Below, in pieces: positions 30,139-45,346 of a stretch of DNA of 64,000 nucleotides. The DNA is taken from contig OX597839.1 in NCBI GenBank assembly GCA_951406725.2, forward strand, positions 5,270,001 to 5,334,000, written 5' to 3'. Made by a program: the position numbers and the translations under genes. Numbering within the stretch: position 1 is the first letter of the stretch; each line of letters begins with the position of its first letter. The notes under the pieces are model-generated. The model saw only the letters and a program-made list of their open reading frames with translations. It was not told where the DNA came from and searched no databases. Source of the DNA: Octopus vulgaris (lineage: Eukaryota).

Positions 30139-30853
30139 ACGGGTGGCTTAGTGATTCGGTTACTCGGCTCGCGGTCGTATAGTCGTGTGTTTGATGATGA
30201 TGATGATGATGACGACGACGATAATGATAATGATGTTAATAATGGCGATGATGATGACGACGATGATGACGATAATGACGATGACGACAATGATGATGAT
30301 GATGATGACGATGATGATGATGATGATAGTGACGGCGATGATGATAGTGATGACGCCGACAAGAAAGATGATAATGCCGACGATGATGACGATAATGACG
30401 ATGACGACGACGACAATGATGACGACGACGATGATGATGATGATGATGACGACGATAATGATGATGATAGTGACGGCGATGATGATGGTGATGACGCCGA
30501 CAAGAAAGATGATGATGACGACGATGACGACGATGACGACAACGGCGATGACCACGGTGACGACGGCAACGATAATGACGACGATTGTCGATGGCGATGA
30601 TGAATGACATTCTGACAAGGACGAGGTTGGCTATTGTCATCACCTTCATATACTTAGGCGTGGTCAAAATCCTATTTGGAAACGATGACAGCTCGCTCTT
30701 AGCTCCTCCATGGTGTGAACGAATGCTCTCAGTATGGTGACACGTGTGCATCAATACATGTACGTATGCTATATATCATACATGTATTTATATACACATA
30801 TAAATATATATGTGTGGGGGTATGTGTGTGTAAATATATATATGTGTGTGGGG

Positions 30854-30903
<50 letters not shown>

Positions 30904-31614
30904 GTTTGTATGTGTGTGTGTATGTAGGTATGTAAGTGTGCATGTGTATATGTGTATATGCATCTATCGTGGCAGTTTAGAGCGAGATAAGAGGCTGCAC
31001 TAAACTCAGGTCCTAAGCCTTAACACTCGCTCCTTCCTTGTCACGGCACCGATTATCACTTGACGGCTTAAGAAGGATTAAATCTGCCTGTTTCCATTAT
31101 CAGGGGATTTCGATACTATTAACATCATTTAGTTTTGTGCCATGGTGTCAAGTGCTAATAATGGTCAGAGGCAAAATGAGACGTGACGTCAGCAGTGACC
31201 CGGTTTAATTTCGGGGTTGAAAATATTTTCTTGCACCAATCCATTTAAACTTCACGTTTAAAATTGATTTGTTTTCATTTTTCAAAACACTCCCTCGTCA
31301 TCTTTCATTTGTAAAGTAATATTTCACGTCTTTTGCGATGATACCTGCACACACACATAGACACATACATACATACACACACGTGTGTATATATATATAT
31401 GTGTATGTATGTATGTATGTACAGAGTCCGCCCAAAAAATGTATACACACTCCAGGAAAGAAAAAATATGTATGAATATTTGACTTGTATAGGTACCTCT
31501 CGTAATACAAAAACCTCTTTCCATATATATATATAGAAGACGGTTGCCCAAGCTGCCAGGTAGTGGGACTGAACCCGGAACCATGTGGTTGGTAAGTAAG
31601 CTACTTACCACACA

Positions 31615-31992
<378 letters not shown>

Positions 31993-32481
31993 TGTGTGTA
32001 GGTACATCTCTACTTCTCTCTCTATCTCTCTGTATATGCATACGTATGTATGCAGGCATGTATATATAGGCATGTATGCATGTATGTTTGCATAAATGTA
32101 TGCATTCTGTTTGTGTGTATGCATTTATGTATGTATGTATATTCAGCAGTTGAGGGGAAAGAAATATTTATTCAGGATTACGTATTTACAATTAATTGTA
32201 TCATTCGCAAACATAAGATATTTTCTGAGAAAGCGGTAAATATTTACTCTCGAAACAATGCTATGAACTTTTGAGTAAATATTTATTTCTGCTATTGCAT
32301 AATATGGATTTGCATTCTATAGTTATTGAAATCAGTGAATATAAAGCTTGGGATTACGTTTATATAGAAGGAACAACCATCCGAAAGATATTTCTTGGAT
32401 CGGAGTATATTGTATTGAGTCCTAATTAAATCGTTGCATTGTTCAATTGGCAATCCATTTCTCTCCATCTCTTACTCTTTG

Positions 32482-32563
<82 letters not shown>

Positions 32564-32651
32564 TGTGTGTGTGTTCGTGTGTGTGTATGTCTGTGTGTAT
32601 ATGTATATATGGTGTGTGTGTGTGTGTGTATGTGTATATATGCACACACAC

Positions 32652-32693
<42 letters not shown>

Positions 32694-32758
32694 CAACATG
32701 TATATATGCGTAAGTATATATTTACACACAAGCACGAACACACACGAGCACACATAGA

Positions 32759-32800
<42 letters not shown>

Positions 32801-33361
32801 TGTATTCTTACAAGCGTGTGTGTGTGCAGAGATGAAGCGTCCATATACATATATATATCTATAAATGCACATACATAATCACTAATATTATCTACATGTA
32901 TATATGACGTATATAAGAATATGTGTGTGTGTATACATATATAAGTATGAATGCATATTATACATATACATGTGTGCATGTGTACATGTATATAGATATA
33001 TGCATATAACTCTCTCTCTCTGTCACTTTCTTTCCCTACATACATACATACATACATACATATATACATACATACATGCCTACATATAAATATACATATA
33101 TACATATACACACACGAAGGCACACATATACACACACATACAAACGTGCGCCCACACATGTATATTTATGTATTTCGATAGTATTCGACACGAGAACAAA
33201 ACAAAGGGGCAGAGTTGTATACATACGTTGATGTCCTGCGCATACATTCATATGTATGTATCGACTGATTCTGTAACAATAACCGAGGAGTGCGTTTTAC
33301 ATACAGAAGCACTCGGGTTCGATACTACATCGGGTTATGTAATAGCCTCACGTCGACATAT

Positions 33362-33740
33362 GATGGATGGAAGCACTCCGTCGGTTACGACGACGAGGGT
33401 TCCGGTTGATCCGAATCAACGGAACAGCCTGCTCGTGAAATTAACGTGTAAGTGTCTGAGCACTCCACAGACACGTGTACCCTTAACGTAGTTCTCGGGG
33501 ATATTCAGCGTGACACAGAGAGTGACAAGGCCGGCCCTTTGAAATACAGGTACAACAGAAACAGGAAGTAAGAGTGAGAGAAAGTTGTGGTGAAAGAGTA
33601 CAGCAGGGATCACCACCGAGCCTCGTGGAGCTTTAGATGTTTTCGCTCAATAAACACTCACAACGGCCGGCCTGGGAATCGAAACCGCGGTTCTATGACC
33701 GCGAGTCCGCTGCCCTAACCACTGGGCCATTGCGCCTCCA
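33362..33740 (-). mobile_element. Full-length SINE family A with 13-bp TSD
   Basis: TSD CACGTCGACATAT at 33349-33361 and 33741-33753. Confidence 0.92.
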
Positions 33741-33960
33741 CACGTCGACATATAGCTGTGAATGAACCTAGAGTGACACAAACTTCGTGAACAGGCGTGG
33801 CTTGGATTGCACATGAATTCTGTCACACATTTACATAATGCTTCCCGAGCCTGAAGTATATAAAGCTACATAAAATATTATCAAAGAAGAGATGAATCAA
33901 CTAAGCTCGTATATGTCCGCCGCCAATATGCATACATTTAAACACACATTGATAAACACG

Positions 33961-34042
<82 letters not shown>

Positions 34043-34118
34043 TCAAAATGTGACCGCGAGTGTACTGTTGGCGATTTTTCTCCTCCGTCTTCCTTTCTTA
34101 GGATCTTTCCTTTTCCTA

Positions 34119-34155
34119 TGTTCCTGACGAAGAGCTTCGCTCGAAACGTTAAACC
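34119..34155 (+). ncRNA. Minimal type I hammerhead motif in a family-H-related element (~34070-34255)
   Basis: GTTC-CTGACGA-A-GAGC-TTC-GCTC-GAAAC-GTT-AAAC; element ends at (TA)n. Confidence 0.62.
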
Positions 34156-34312
34156 TTCCTTCTTTCCTTCTTTCCTGAGCGTCCAATTATACTATACTTA
34201 TTACACGTCCTCCCCTTGTTGTGTTTTCTCTTTTTGTTTCCATGTTTGGATTAACTATATATATATATATATATATATCAAATAAAATAAAAAAACAGAA
34301 CACATAGGATAT

Positions 34313-34405
34313 CGCGGTACGCGTGTTTCAAGCTTTCTAAACAACCTGTTCTCACATCAGTGTATAATTGATGTAAAAGATGGTTTAAAGCTCTCTTCAG
34401 TCGCA
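34313..34405 (-). ncRNA. Type I hammerhead motif with extended stem II
   Basis: TGCGA-CTGAAGA-GAGCTTT...(internal hairpin)...AAAGCTT-GAAAC-ACGC-GTA-CCGCG; one A.C mismatch at the base of stem I. Confidence 0.6.
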
Positions 34406-34589
34406 AACATTGTTATTCCCCAAAATTACATCACACTATAAAAAAAAATGAAAAGTACATGTAGTATTATCCATTATAAAATGTATATCATATCTCCCTG
34501 AGAAAGTGTATTTGTAAAATTTTGTAACTGTAAAACTGTATATAGATTCATTGGATTTCGAAAATCTGCCCATACTGTATCACCAGTCA

Positions 34590-34645
<56 letters not shown>

Positions 34646-34654
34646 GCATATATA

Positions 34655-35515
34655 TGTACAGGACGTCACCGACTGTGTAAGTAATATGAAGTACGAATAC
34701 AAATGAGTTAAATACGCAAACAACGAGAGAAAAATTGTAAAATAGGACAAGTAAACACAATGAACGATTCTTCATCAGTTGTAGTCTGTCTATTTACTCC
34801 TCATTTCGAGCATTCAACGACAGTATGAATCCTCAAAGACAGTTACTCCTATAAATTCCAAAACAAAAATATTGTTTTATGGAGGGTCAACGTTGGGAAC
34901 AAAAACACGAGACGTTTATCTTCATCTTAGCCTTTTTGATGCGACTCTACTCTATACTGTTTTCCCGCCATCCTTCTCTAATACGCTTTTTCTCCCCCTT
35001 CACCGCTTTCTATCTCTCTCCCGCACTCCTCTTTTTCAGTCTGACTCTCGTTGCTCACACGTGACCAACGTCCATGTTCCTTTTCTTCACATTACCGTCT
35101 TTCTTTTCCTGCACGACATTCTAAGGACAGGGCGGTATATTTCTCTCTCTTATCTACCTTTTCTCTTTTCAAAGAAAATATTTCTCCTAGCCTTCCCTAT
35201 TTTCCTCTCGTTCAGGTCTAAAGACCTTCTATGTTTGTTTTCGTTTGATTTTCTTGCATGTCTCCACTGTCCTGTTTTGTTCCTCCATAAATCCAAAAAT
35301 TAATTAGGGAATTTATGGGAGCTACTTTCTTTGAAGACTCATATTGTCGTTGATTGCTCGAAATGAGGAGTAGATAGACAGCCGAGAACTGACGAAGGGT
35401 CGTTTTTTGTGCTTACTTATCCTGTTTTCCATTTTTTCGCTCGTTGTTTGCGTATTTAAATCGTTGTTTTCGATCTTCATTTTGTTTACACAGCTGGTGA
35501 GGTCCTGTACCTGTA
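34655..35515. mobile_element. Element with ~250-bp diverged inverted arms between (TA)n tracts
   Basis: 34655-34910 is a diverged reverse complement of 35270-35515; arms contain CTGANGAAG and CTCGAAA motifs. Confidence 0.65.
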
Positions 35516-35622
35516 TATACATATATATGTATATATATATATATTATTTATATTATAATGAGGGTACTACTTTTAGTAGATACCAACAAAAAAAAATATA
35601 TATATATATATATACATATATA

Positions 35623-35667
<45 letters not shown>

Positions 35668-35669
35668 TT

Positions 35670-35711
<42 letters not shown>

Positions 35712-36520
35712 GTGTATCTTTGTGTGAGTATGTGAGTGTGTCGATGTGTGTATGTGTATTTGTTTTCCAAACTCCATATTTTTGAACACCCATCATATTC
35801 CTTTCTTTTGACTATCATCATCATCATCATCATCATCACTATCATCATCATCGTCGTCATCATCATCATCCTCACCATCATCATCATCATCATCACAATC
35901 CTCCTCCTCGTCCTCCTCCCCCTCCTCCTCCTCATCATCATCTTGTTGTTTTTCTTCTTCTTCTTCTTCTTCTTCTTCTCCTTCTTCTTCTCCTCCTCCT
36001 CATCTCCCTCATCTTCGCTCTTCACGTTCTCCTCCTCCCCCAGCTTTCCCCTCATCTATTTATTACTATGTTCTCATTGAACCCTAACGTCGAACAAAAC
36101 CCCCCGAAGGAGTGCTTTCAGTACAATGTTTGTTCAAACAATCTAAATAAATAAATAAGCATAAACAGAGACTAATTGATTCAATAGAGATTCTTATATA
36201 GAATTATGCATATATATTTATACATACATAAATGCATATATGCACATGTGTGTTTATATGTATGTATATATGTTTATACATATTAATAGGTACATATGTA
36301 TAGACTTATGCAGATGTTATACAAGTACATATACACACATATGTTTATATATATATATATTATATATATATACACACACACACACACAAACACACATATA
36401 TAAATATATATGTGTGTGTGTGTGGGTGTGTGTGTGTGTATGTGTGTGTATGTTGGCATAATTTTTTGAAATCTGGTTATGTAAGAATTTATATACATAA
36501 TACATACATACATGCATATA

Positions 36521-36632
<112 letters not shown>

Positions 36633-36847
36633 ACGAGTACACACGATAGTAGGATAAAAAGGCTTTCGCTCATCGGTTAATTTAGGCGAGATACGTAATA
36701 TAGCATGTTAACATCACCCCTGGGTATAATTACAGACAGGACGGTGGAGGAGTTATAGAGTTCTGTCTTAGTGTTACTTGGATGATAATGTTTGAAGCGG
36801 TGTCAATGTCTGTTTTGATGCTGATGACGTATATGTATATATGTATA

Positions 36848-36908
<61 letters not shown>

Positions 36909-37229
36909 TACATATATGATATAATATAATAGACATATATATTTGTTTTGTGTGTGTATATACATATATATATATACACACACAAAACAAATATAATATT
37001 TCTATTATATTATATCATATATGTATACATATACACACATATACACACTTATACATACACACACATACACATATATATATATACATATTATATATATGTA
37101 TATATACACACGCACACACACACACAAATATATATATATATATATATATGTCCAAAGTGCGACGCAGTGGGACTGAACCCAGATCCATGTGGTTACAAAT
37201 TATGCTACTTACCACGCAGCTACGCCTAA

Positions 37230-37285
<56 letters not shown>

Positions 37286-38090
37286 CGTCCGTTCCTTCAC
37301 CTTAGATGTTTATGAGTTTAAGAGCGTGAGCATCGAGTTGTGTTTGTGTGTATGTGTGTGTGTATGTAAGTGTGTGTATTTGCCTCCAATGTCAAGAAGT
37401 ACTGCCAGTAAAATAGGTTGCATATCAAGTCAGCTGCACCAATTCTTTTGCGACCAAAAAGCTGCGCCAAATTGACTCATGCTATGGTATGAAATAACAA
37501 TTTTTTTCCTAAAATAGGACCCTGCAACGGTAAAATATATCATCAGAAATATCGTATAAGGCTGTGGAAAAATGTAGCAGAGACCTCTTGGATAACAAAT
37601 TTCCCTTGAAAGTTCAAAGAAAATCCTAGTATTTTTAGAAAAATGTTACAGACAGTTTCAGGAAGAATTTTCACGCCGGAGGCCTCCGAAACCATAGGAA
37701 ATATAGGATGATTACATCCATTAGTTTAAAATTTTAAAAAATGTGATGGGGGAAAGAAATTTTCTGGAAACGCATTTGGACAGAAGATGCTTCCAAAGGA
37801 AATTTTTTAATATAGATGCGAAATTCAACAGCGACGTTAATTTACGTTATTCGTTACTGCCCATGCCTGATGCCATATTTCCTACATACTGCGTTCCAAC
37901 ACAATAAGCAAGAAATATAACGGATTAGGTTGATTCAGACAGAAATACACTATGCGGGGGAGGGGTGGGGCAAAATGAATAATAGCAATATGGAAGATCA
38001 TAGTTTTGAACTAATTAACCTTGTGGCACCACCTTGAAGTTGACGGCACTTAACTGACTCACCTACAGTATATAAATGTACACATACTTT

Positions 38091-38157
<67 letters not shown>

Positions 38158-38450
38158 GTGTGTGTATATATATATATATATATATGCATATATATACACA
38201 CACACACACGCATATATATACATATATACATATATATATATATATACACACACACATATATATATATATATACATATATATACATATATATAAATATATA
38301 TATATATACATATATATATATACATATATATGTATACATATATATGTATATATATATACATATATATATCTATATATACATATATATGTATATATATATA
38401 TGCATATATACATACATATATATACCTATATATATACATATATATAAACG

Positions 38451-38489
<39 letters not shown>

Positions 38490-38807
38490 TGTATGTCATA
38501 TACATAGTGGTAATTAAAGTATACTGTTAAGTGACAGGCAAATGAAGCAGACGGACTGGAAGTCGTCGAAGAAATGGCTTCAAAAGAAGTCTGAATAAAG
38601 CATCCGTATACCCTTAAGACATATATACCCGGGGGAAAATTTTCTCATTTATTTATTTATTTATTTATTATTTGTTATTGCTGTTGTTTTTGTTGTTGTT
38701 GTTGTTAATGCTAAGGCGACGGTTTTTAAAAATCCTCTTTAACGTCGTGATTAACAGAACACATTGGAAAGTAATGGGTGCATTTTCTTTTTTCCACCCT
38801 AATGTAC

Positions 38808-38863
<56 letters not shown>

Positions 38864-38959
38864 GTACATATATTATTATTATCATTCTTCTTCTTCTTCT
38901 TCTTCTTCTTCTTCTTCTTCTTCTTCTTCTTCTTCTTCTTCTTCTTCTTCTTCTTCTTC

Positions 38960-39000
<41 letters not shown>

Positions 39001-39001
<1 letters not shown>

Positions 39002-39121
39002 CGTCATTGATTGGTTGAAATTACAGAAATTGAAGAAAAAAACAGCAAATATCTTACAAACTATAGAATTTTCTCAATAAAGCCAAGAGAAAAAGATGTT
39101 TTATAAACACATTCTACGAAG
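39001..39121 (+). mobile_element. MITE family M, right-hand fragment
   Basis: Ends AAAAACTGCCGATCAAACCGAAAAGATCC. Confidence 0.8.
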
Positions 39122-39762
39122 TTTAAAATTTTTTAGTTACCAAGAAATTGTTAAAAACTGCCGATCAAACCGAAAAGATCCCCGAATGCCCTAACCACTA
39201 AGCCCAGCTACTTTTTATTTAACTAATTAAATGTGCATTAATTCAAATTAATACTGATTGTAAGATGTTCGGCGCAAACAGAATCCGGACGTTTGTGTTC
39301 TATCTGCGATATATAATACGCTTTAAGGTATCATACTAAGTTAGTTGAGAACGAAGCGTTAGGCAAGTTAAAAATAAACATTCAGACAAGAATTGATAGC
39401 ACATACCGTTGTATTCGACATCATTTTTCAAAATTTTCCCCATTACTTCTTTCTTATTTATTTTCAAACTTAGCATAAATCCTAATTATTATTCAATGAG
39501 GAACAAGAGCAATTTCTCACTGTCTCGTTCGTGCCGCAAAAACAAAAACAACGCCAGAAATTTTCCAATGTCTCTATGAACCAGTAATACTAAAAGAACC
39601 GTACACGGTTACCATTATAATCAAACTGTTAACCTTACCGTTGATTGATATATTTCTTTAATCAGCATACAAGACAGACGGCCATAACAATTTATCTTCT
39701 CTTATTGTTGTTGCTATTGTTACCGCTGTTGTTGTTGTTGCTACTCTCGCTGGAAATTATTA

Positions 39763-39924
<162 letters not shown>

Positions 39925-40077
39925 ATAGTATTAGTAGTAATAGTAGTAGTAGTAGTAGTAGTATCACCATTATCATCATCATCATGCTTATCGTTATTAC
40001 AACCATTATCATTACAATTATTATTATTATAGTTATCATCATCCCTATCATCATCATCATCATCACCACCACCATCG

Positions 40078-40149
<72 letters not shown>

Positions 40150-40215
40150 CCCTCGTCATCTTCCTCATCCTCACCATCATCATTATCACCATTATCATTA
40201 TTATTAATATTATTA

Positions 40216-40259
<44 letters not shown>

Positions 40260-40315
40260 GGTTTATATTTGTTCGTTTTTTGTTTTTTTTTGTCTTTTGT
40301 CGTTTGTTTATTAAC

Positions 40316-40537
40316 CTGAAACAAAAAGCAAAAAAAAAAGCAAATAAAAAGACAATCCAAAAGCAATTCCAAAAATACTGTTCCAATGTTCCAACCAATT
40401 CCTGGTAATGCCAAGTCACCAACTTTGAACTCTTTCATAAAATGAAGACCGTTTTTATTTATCATCTTCTCGTCCAAGAATCTCCGTTGGCTAAGACCAC
40501 ATTTCGTATTAAATCTGGCCATTTCATTCTTCTTCAT
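40316..40537 (-). other. Unique island with open frame ending at CAG|GTTAAT (possible exon end, or a 3' splice site)
   Basis: MKKNEMARF...VFLELLLDCLFICFFFCFLFQ; the same sequence also reads as a polypyrimidine tract plus CAG acceptor. Confidence 0.15.
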
Positions 40538-40921
40538 TTTCTCCTTCTACTACTAATTTTTGTTATCGTTGTTGCTGTTGTTGCAGTTGTTATTGTTGTT
40601 GTTGTTGGTGTTGTTGTTGTTGTTGATGTTCTTCTTCTTCTTCTTCTTCTTCTTCTTCTTCTTCTTCTTCTTTTTCTTCTTCTTTTTCCTCTTCTCCTTC
40701 CTCTTCTTCTTCCTCTTCTCCTCCTCCTCCTCCTCCTTCCCCGCCAGTATTTCATCCTCACTTCCTTACTTCTCCGTCGTGTCGTATCTTGCTCCTTTTC
40801 TTTTTCCTTCTCCTCCTCTTTCTGTTTCTTTTCTTCTCACTCTTTTCCTCCTTCATCCGCCTCATTTCACTCCTTGTTCTCCATACTGTTGTTCTCCTTT
40901 CTCACATTTTCATTATTATTA

Positions 40922-40979
<58 letters not shown>

Positions 40980-41115
40980 CATTATTATTATTATTACTAT
41001 TACTGTTAATATTATTATTATTATTGTTGTTGTTGTTGTTGTTGTTGTTATTATTGTTATTATTATTATTAGTAGTAGTAGTAGTATTGTTGTTGTTGTT
41101 GTTATTGTTGTTGTT

Positions 41116-41146
<31 letters not shown>

Positions 41147-41251
41147 TTATTACTATTACTATTATTATTACTATTACTGTTATTATTATTATTATTTTTA
41201 TTATTGTTGTTGTTGTTGTTATTATTGTTGTTGTTGTTATTATTATTATTA

Positions 41252-41327
<76 letters not shown>

Positions 41328-41939
41328 CATTATTATTATTATTATTTATTACATTTGTATTTGTTTGGCAGTGAAGGCTTCCGCCTATTTATTGCCTTAT
41401 TTTATTTATTTTTAATCAAACACAACCAATAAACGATTGATTTATTAAAATAACAAACGAAGAAAGCCGCACTCTTGCATAGTCTAGCTTGCCGACGCCA
41501 TCAACACGTCTTTTCCTATAAACCATTATTCCAATGGTCAGTTCTTCAGTGAAGAAATACACCTTGTTCTCTTCGACACACCGACTTCTTTCTGTCTTCC
41601 TCACATGTTCTCCTACATAATCAAGTCTTTCCTTCTTTATGTATAATTCTCTGTCACCCAATGTCTGTCTGACTCTCTCTCTCTCCCTCTTTCTCTCTCC
41701 CTCTCTCTCTCTCTCTCTCTTTCTCCATCCAGGAAGTAATATGACTGTCTCTGTGACAGAGGTGCATGATTCCGTTAACCTGCTTTCTCATAGTCTTTAG
41801 TTTCTACTTTCATTTTCTCCTTTAGGCTTTCAATCTCTCTCTCTCATCTCCGCGTTCGCTCTCTCTCTCTCTCTCTCTCTTAATATATATGTAGACAGAT
41901 AAATGGATAGACAGATAGACAGACAGACAGAAAGATAGG

Positions 41940-41989
<50 letters not shown>

Positions 41990-42011
41990 TATAGATAGAT
42001 AGGTAGACAGG

Positions 42012-42052
<41 letters not shown>

Positions 42053-42053
42053 T

Positions 42054-42086
<33 letters not shown>

Positions 42087-42283
42087 ATATACGTTTCTGC
42101 ACTTATGTGTATGCACATATAAAATCGATATATTCAAACCGTTAAATATACAAGTGTGTGTGTGTGTGTATGTGTGTGTATGAGTGTGTGTGTGTGTAAG
42201 TTTGTGTGTCCATATATACATATCTAAGTATGCATAGGAACAAATACATAGGTGCATGTATGTGTGTGTACACACACACACAT

Positions 42284-42320
<37 letters not shown>

Positions 42321-42484
42321 CATACGTCTCACTCTCTCTCTTGCTATATACATATACATGTATTTATGTATGTATATATTAATACGTCCGTCTCTCTCTC
42401 TCCCTTCTGTTCCTCTCTCTCTTTCTCTCTTTTGTTATATATATATATATGTTTGTATGTATATATATACATATATATATATAG

Positions 42485-42573
<89 letters not shown>

Positions 42574-42882
42574 CATATGTATATATATTTATATATACCT
42601 GTATATATGAACATAGGTATATTCATATTTATTTATTTGTACATACATACATACAAACATAAATACATACATACATACATACATACATACATACATACAT
42701 ACATACACATAAAACTTGGCACTATGTAACTATCTTTTATATGTGTTTATAATCCTGGGCTACTTCCATTCGTTCAACAGAAACAGAAAACAAATAATGA
42801 CTGGACTGCAATCTCATTTGTAGCAGAGCAGAGCACAGGAGCAAAGGGGAGACGGAAAAAGAGAAAGAAAAGAAAATGACGG

Positions 42883-42990
42883 AAAATGGCGGCCGTTTCA
42901 ATAATGTTAAAGTTAAATGGTAATTTTGACCTTTCTGACCCTAATTTGAAAACGCCGTTTGAAAGGAAGGTTAAGTTTAAATGCTAATCT
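42883..42990. promoter_or_regulatory. Candidate cis-regulatory cluster
   Basis: YY1-type AAAATGGCGGC at 42883-93, TGACCT-ttc-TGACCC direct repeat at 42927-41 and octamer-like ATGCTAAT at 42981-88, in unique sequence. Confidence 0.25.
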
Positions 42991-43264
42991 TTGTGCAAAA
43001 CGCAGCGCATGGAATTTGGGGAAAGAGCAGATTGAGAGACAGAGAGAAGGAGGAAGCGATAGAGAGAATGAGTCTAAGTGTCTCAATGAGAGAGAAAAAG
43101 AGTGAGAGAGAGAGGGGGAGGAAGGAGAGGTGAAAGCAGCATTATCGTCGATGATGGAGAAAAGGAATTGGAAAAGGAAGGTTTCTAGTACTGAAGGCTA
43201 TTGCTGCTTTCCACTTGTTGTACGTGTGTGTATATGTGTGTGTCTATGTGCGTGTGTCTGCGTG

Positions 43265-43365
<101 letters not shown>

Positions 43366-43377
43366 GGTATTACATGA

Positions 43378-43440
<63 letters not shown>

Positions 43441-43744
43441 TATTTGCATGTATATATCGCAATGAAAGCAATAAATAACACGTACGTATAACAAAAATTT
43501 ATTATCGCGTCGTGCGTTTTATCAAAGTGCGCGTTAAATAGGAAATGGGTCAAGGTGTAGAGCAATATTATAACGAACTATAAAGACTGTTTATTAAGCA
43601 AGCATAAGTGAAAAGGAAGAGATACAAGTGTCATTTGGTCACTTATTACAAAAGTAAAGAAGTAGAGAAAACGATTGTAAAATATAAATCGGTAATAAGA
43701 GTAAAGCTGCCGCCAGGAAAATACCCGGAATACAGTAAAGGAAT

Positions 43745-43992
43745 ACGTAAAGTGTACTAGCCATCTGAATGTGGCTAGCCACTGGGGGTGGGGTGTTACT
43801 GATGCTTTTAGCCCCAGGAGATCAACGTCACCAGCTGGCCTTAGACACAACACAAATAAAACAAATAACACAAGGGCACTGAAATCTTGTGTCTAAGGCC
43901 AGCTGGTGACGTTGATCTCCTGGGGCTAAAAGCATCAGTAACACCCCACCCCCAGTGGCTAGCCACATTCAGATGGCTAGTACACTTTACGT
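43745..43992. repeat. Perfect 106-bp inverted repeat with 36-bp spacer
   Basis: 43745-43850 is the exact reverse complement of 43887-43992. Confidence 0.95.
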
Positions 43993-44679
43993 TGTCGAGC
44001 GGTTACTGTTTATATCTCGTTCAGAGATTTATTAATGCAGTAAAGGAATAGTCATAGATAAAGAGAGATTTTTGAAATTGAGAGAGATGTATGGACATTT
44101 CATAGACTCGTTGGGGGTTGAAGTCGTGTTTGACGAGCTCCCACTAGTCGTGGAATTAGAAGATTTGAAACCGTTTATGAACATTTAAAAATAAGTAAAA
44201 TTTGTACTTCATAAAATAAAGAGGAAAATAGACTGTTGAAATGTATAAAGAAAAAAGAAAAAAAAAACGATATAAAAAAACGAAAGACTAAGAAAAAGAA
44301 CAAATTAAAAAAGGAAAAAAGAAAAAAGACTGTAAGAATGTTTAATTGTAAAAAAGTAATCGCGGTTTCGTCTCGGAGGTGGACCGAGAAAATCGTATCA
44401 TATTCATTATAATTTAATTCATTGTAATTAATTCTTTCATAAGTTTTTTTTTTTGTTCCCGCATGTTTGTGTATGTCCCCTCTGTGTTCAGGCCTTGTGC
44501 CTATAATAAAGAGATGACCGGTGATTGTCACGTTCGTCGTCGGAGTTGAGTGTTGGTTTTTCTGAGTTGGTGGTTGTGGGATTGTGAGTTGTCCAAGTTT
44601 TGTTATTGAAGGCTGTTATTGTTGAAAGTGTTGATGTTTTTGTTGAATTTTGAAAATTGTTTTGTTGCTACCCACTGTT

Positions 44680-44890
44680 TTTTTTATTTTATTGCCCACA
44701 AGGGGCTAAACATAGAGGGGACAAACAAGGACAGACAAACGGATTAAGTCGATTACATCGACCCCACTACGTAACTGGTACTTAATTTATCGACCCCGAA
44801 AGGATGAAAGGCAAAGTCAACCTCGGCGGAATTTGAACTCAGAACGCAACGACAGACTCAATACCGCTAAGCATTTTATCCGGTGTGCTA
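44680..44890 (-). mobile_element. SINE family B monomer, 5'-truncated, ~14-bp TSD
   Basis: TSD TGCTACCCACTGTT at 44666-44679 and 44886-44899. Confidence 0.88.
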
Positions 44891-45264
44891 CCCACTGTTG
44901 GGTATGAAAACTACGAGTTACGCGCATGCATCAGGCAAAAGCCTGTCTGCCGACACGATGCAGTTAAAAGATCAATAATAATTGAGAAGAAAAATCTGAA
45001 AAAATATTTTGAAAGCTTCAAGAAGCAGGGAGATTGCCTTCGAATTACACCGCCGTAGGACGCTGTAGAAAAAGAGGAGAGAAAAATCATCGTCTACAGA
45101 ACGTGGAATGTAGCCACGAAAAAGATAGAAGTGGCAGAGATAGAAGACATCGATGTATGTATGTATGTATGTATGTATGTATGTATGTATGTATGTATGT
45201 ATGTATGTATGTATGTGTGTATGTGTGCGTGTGTGTGTTTGTGTGTGTATATACATATATACAT

Positions 45265-45339
<75 letters not shown>

Positions 45340-45346
45340 GTATATG

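Noticed and set aside
31420-31510. TA-CAGAGTCCGCCCAAAAAATGTATACAC, a Tc1/mariner-like terminus
   Set aside because: No partner TIR or transposase remnant found
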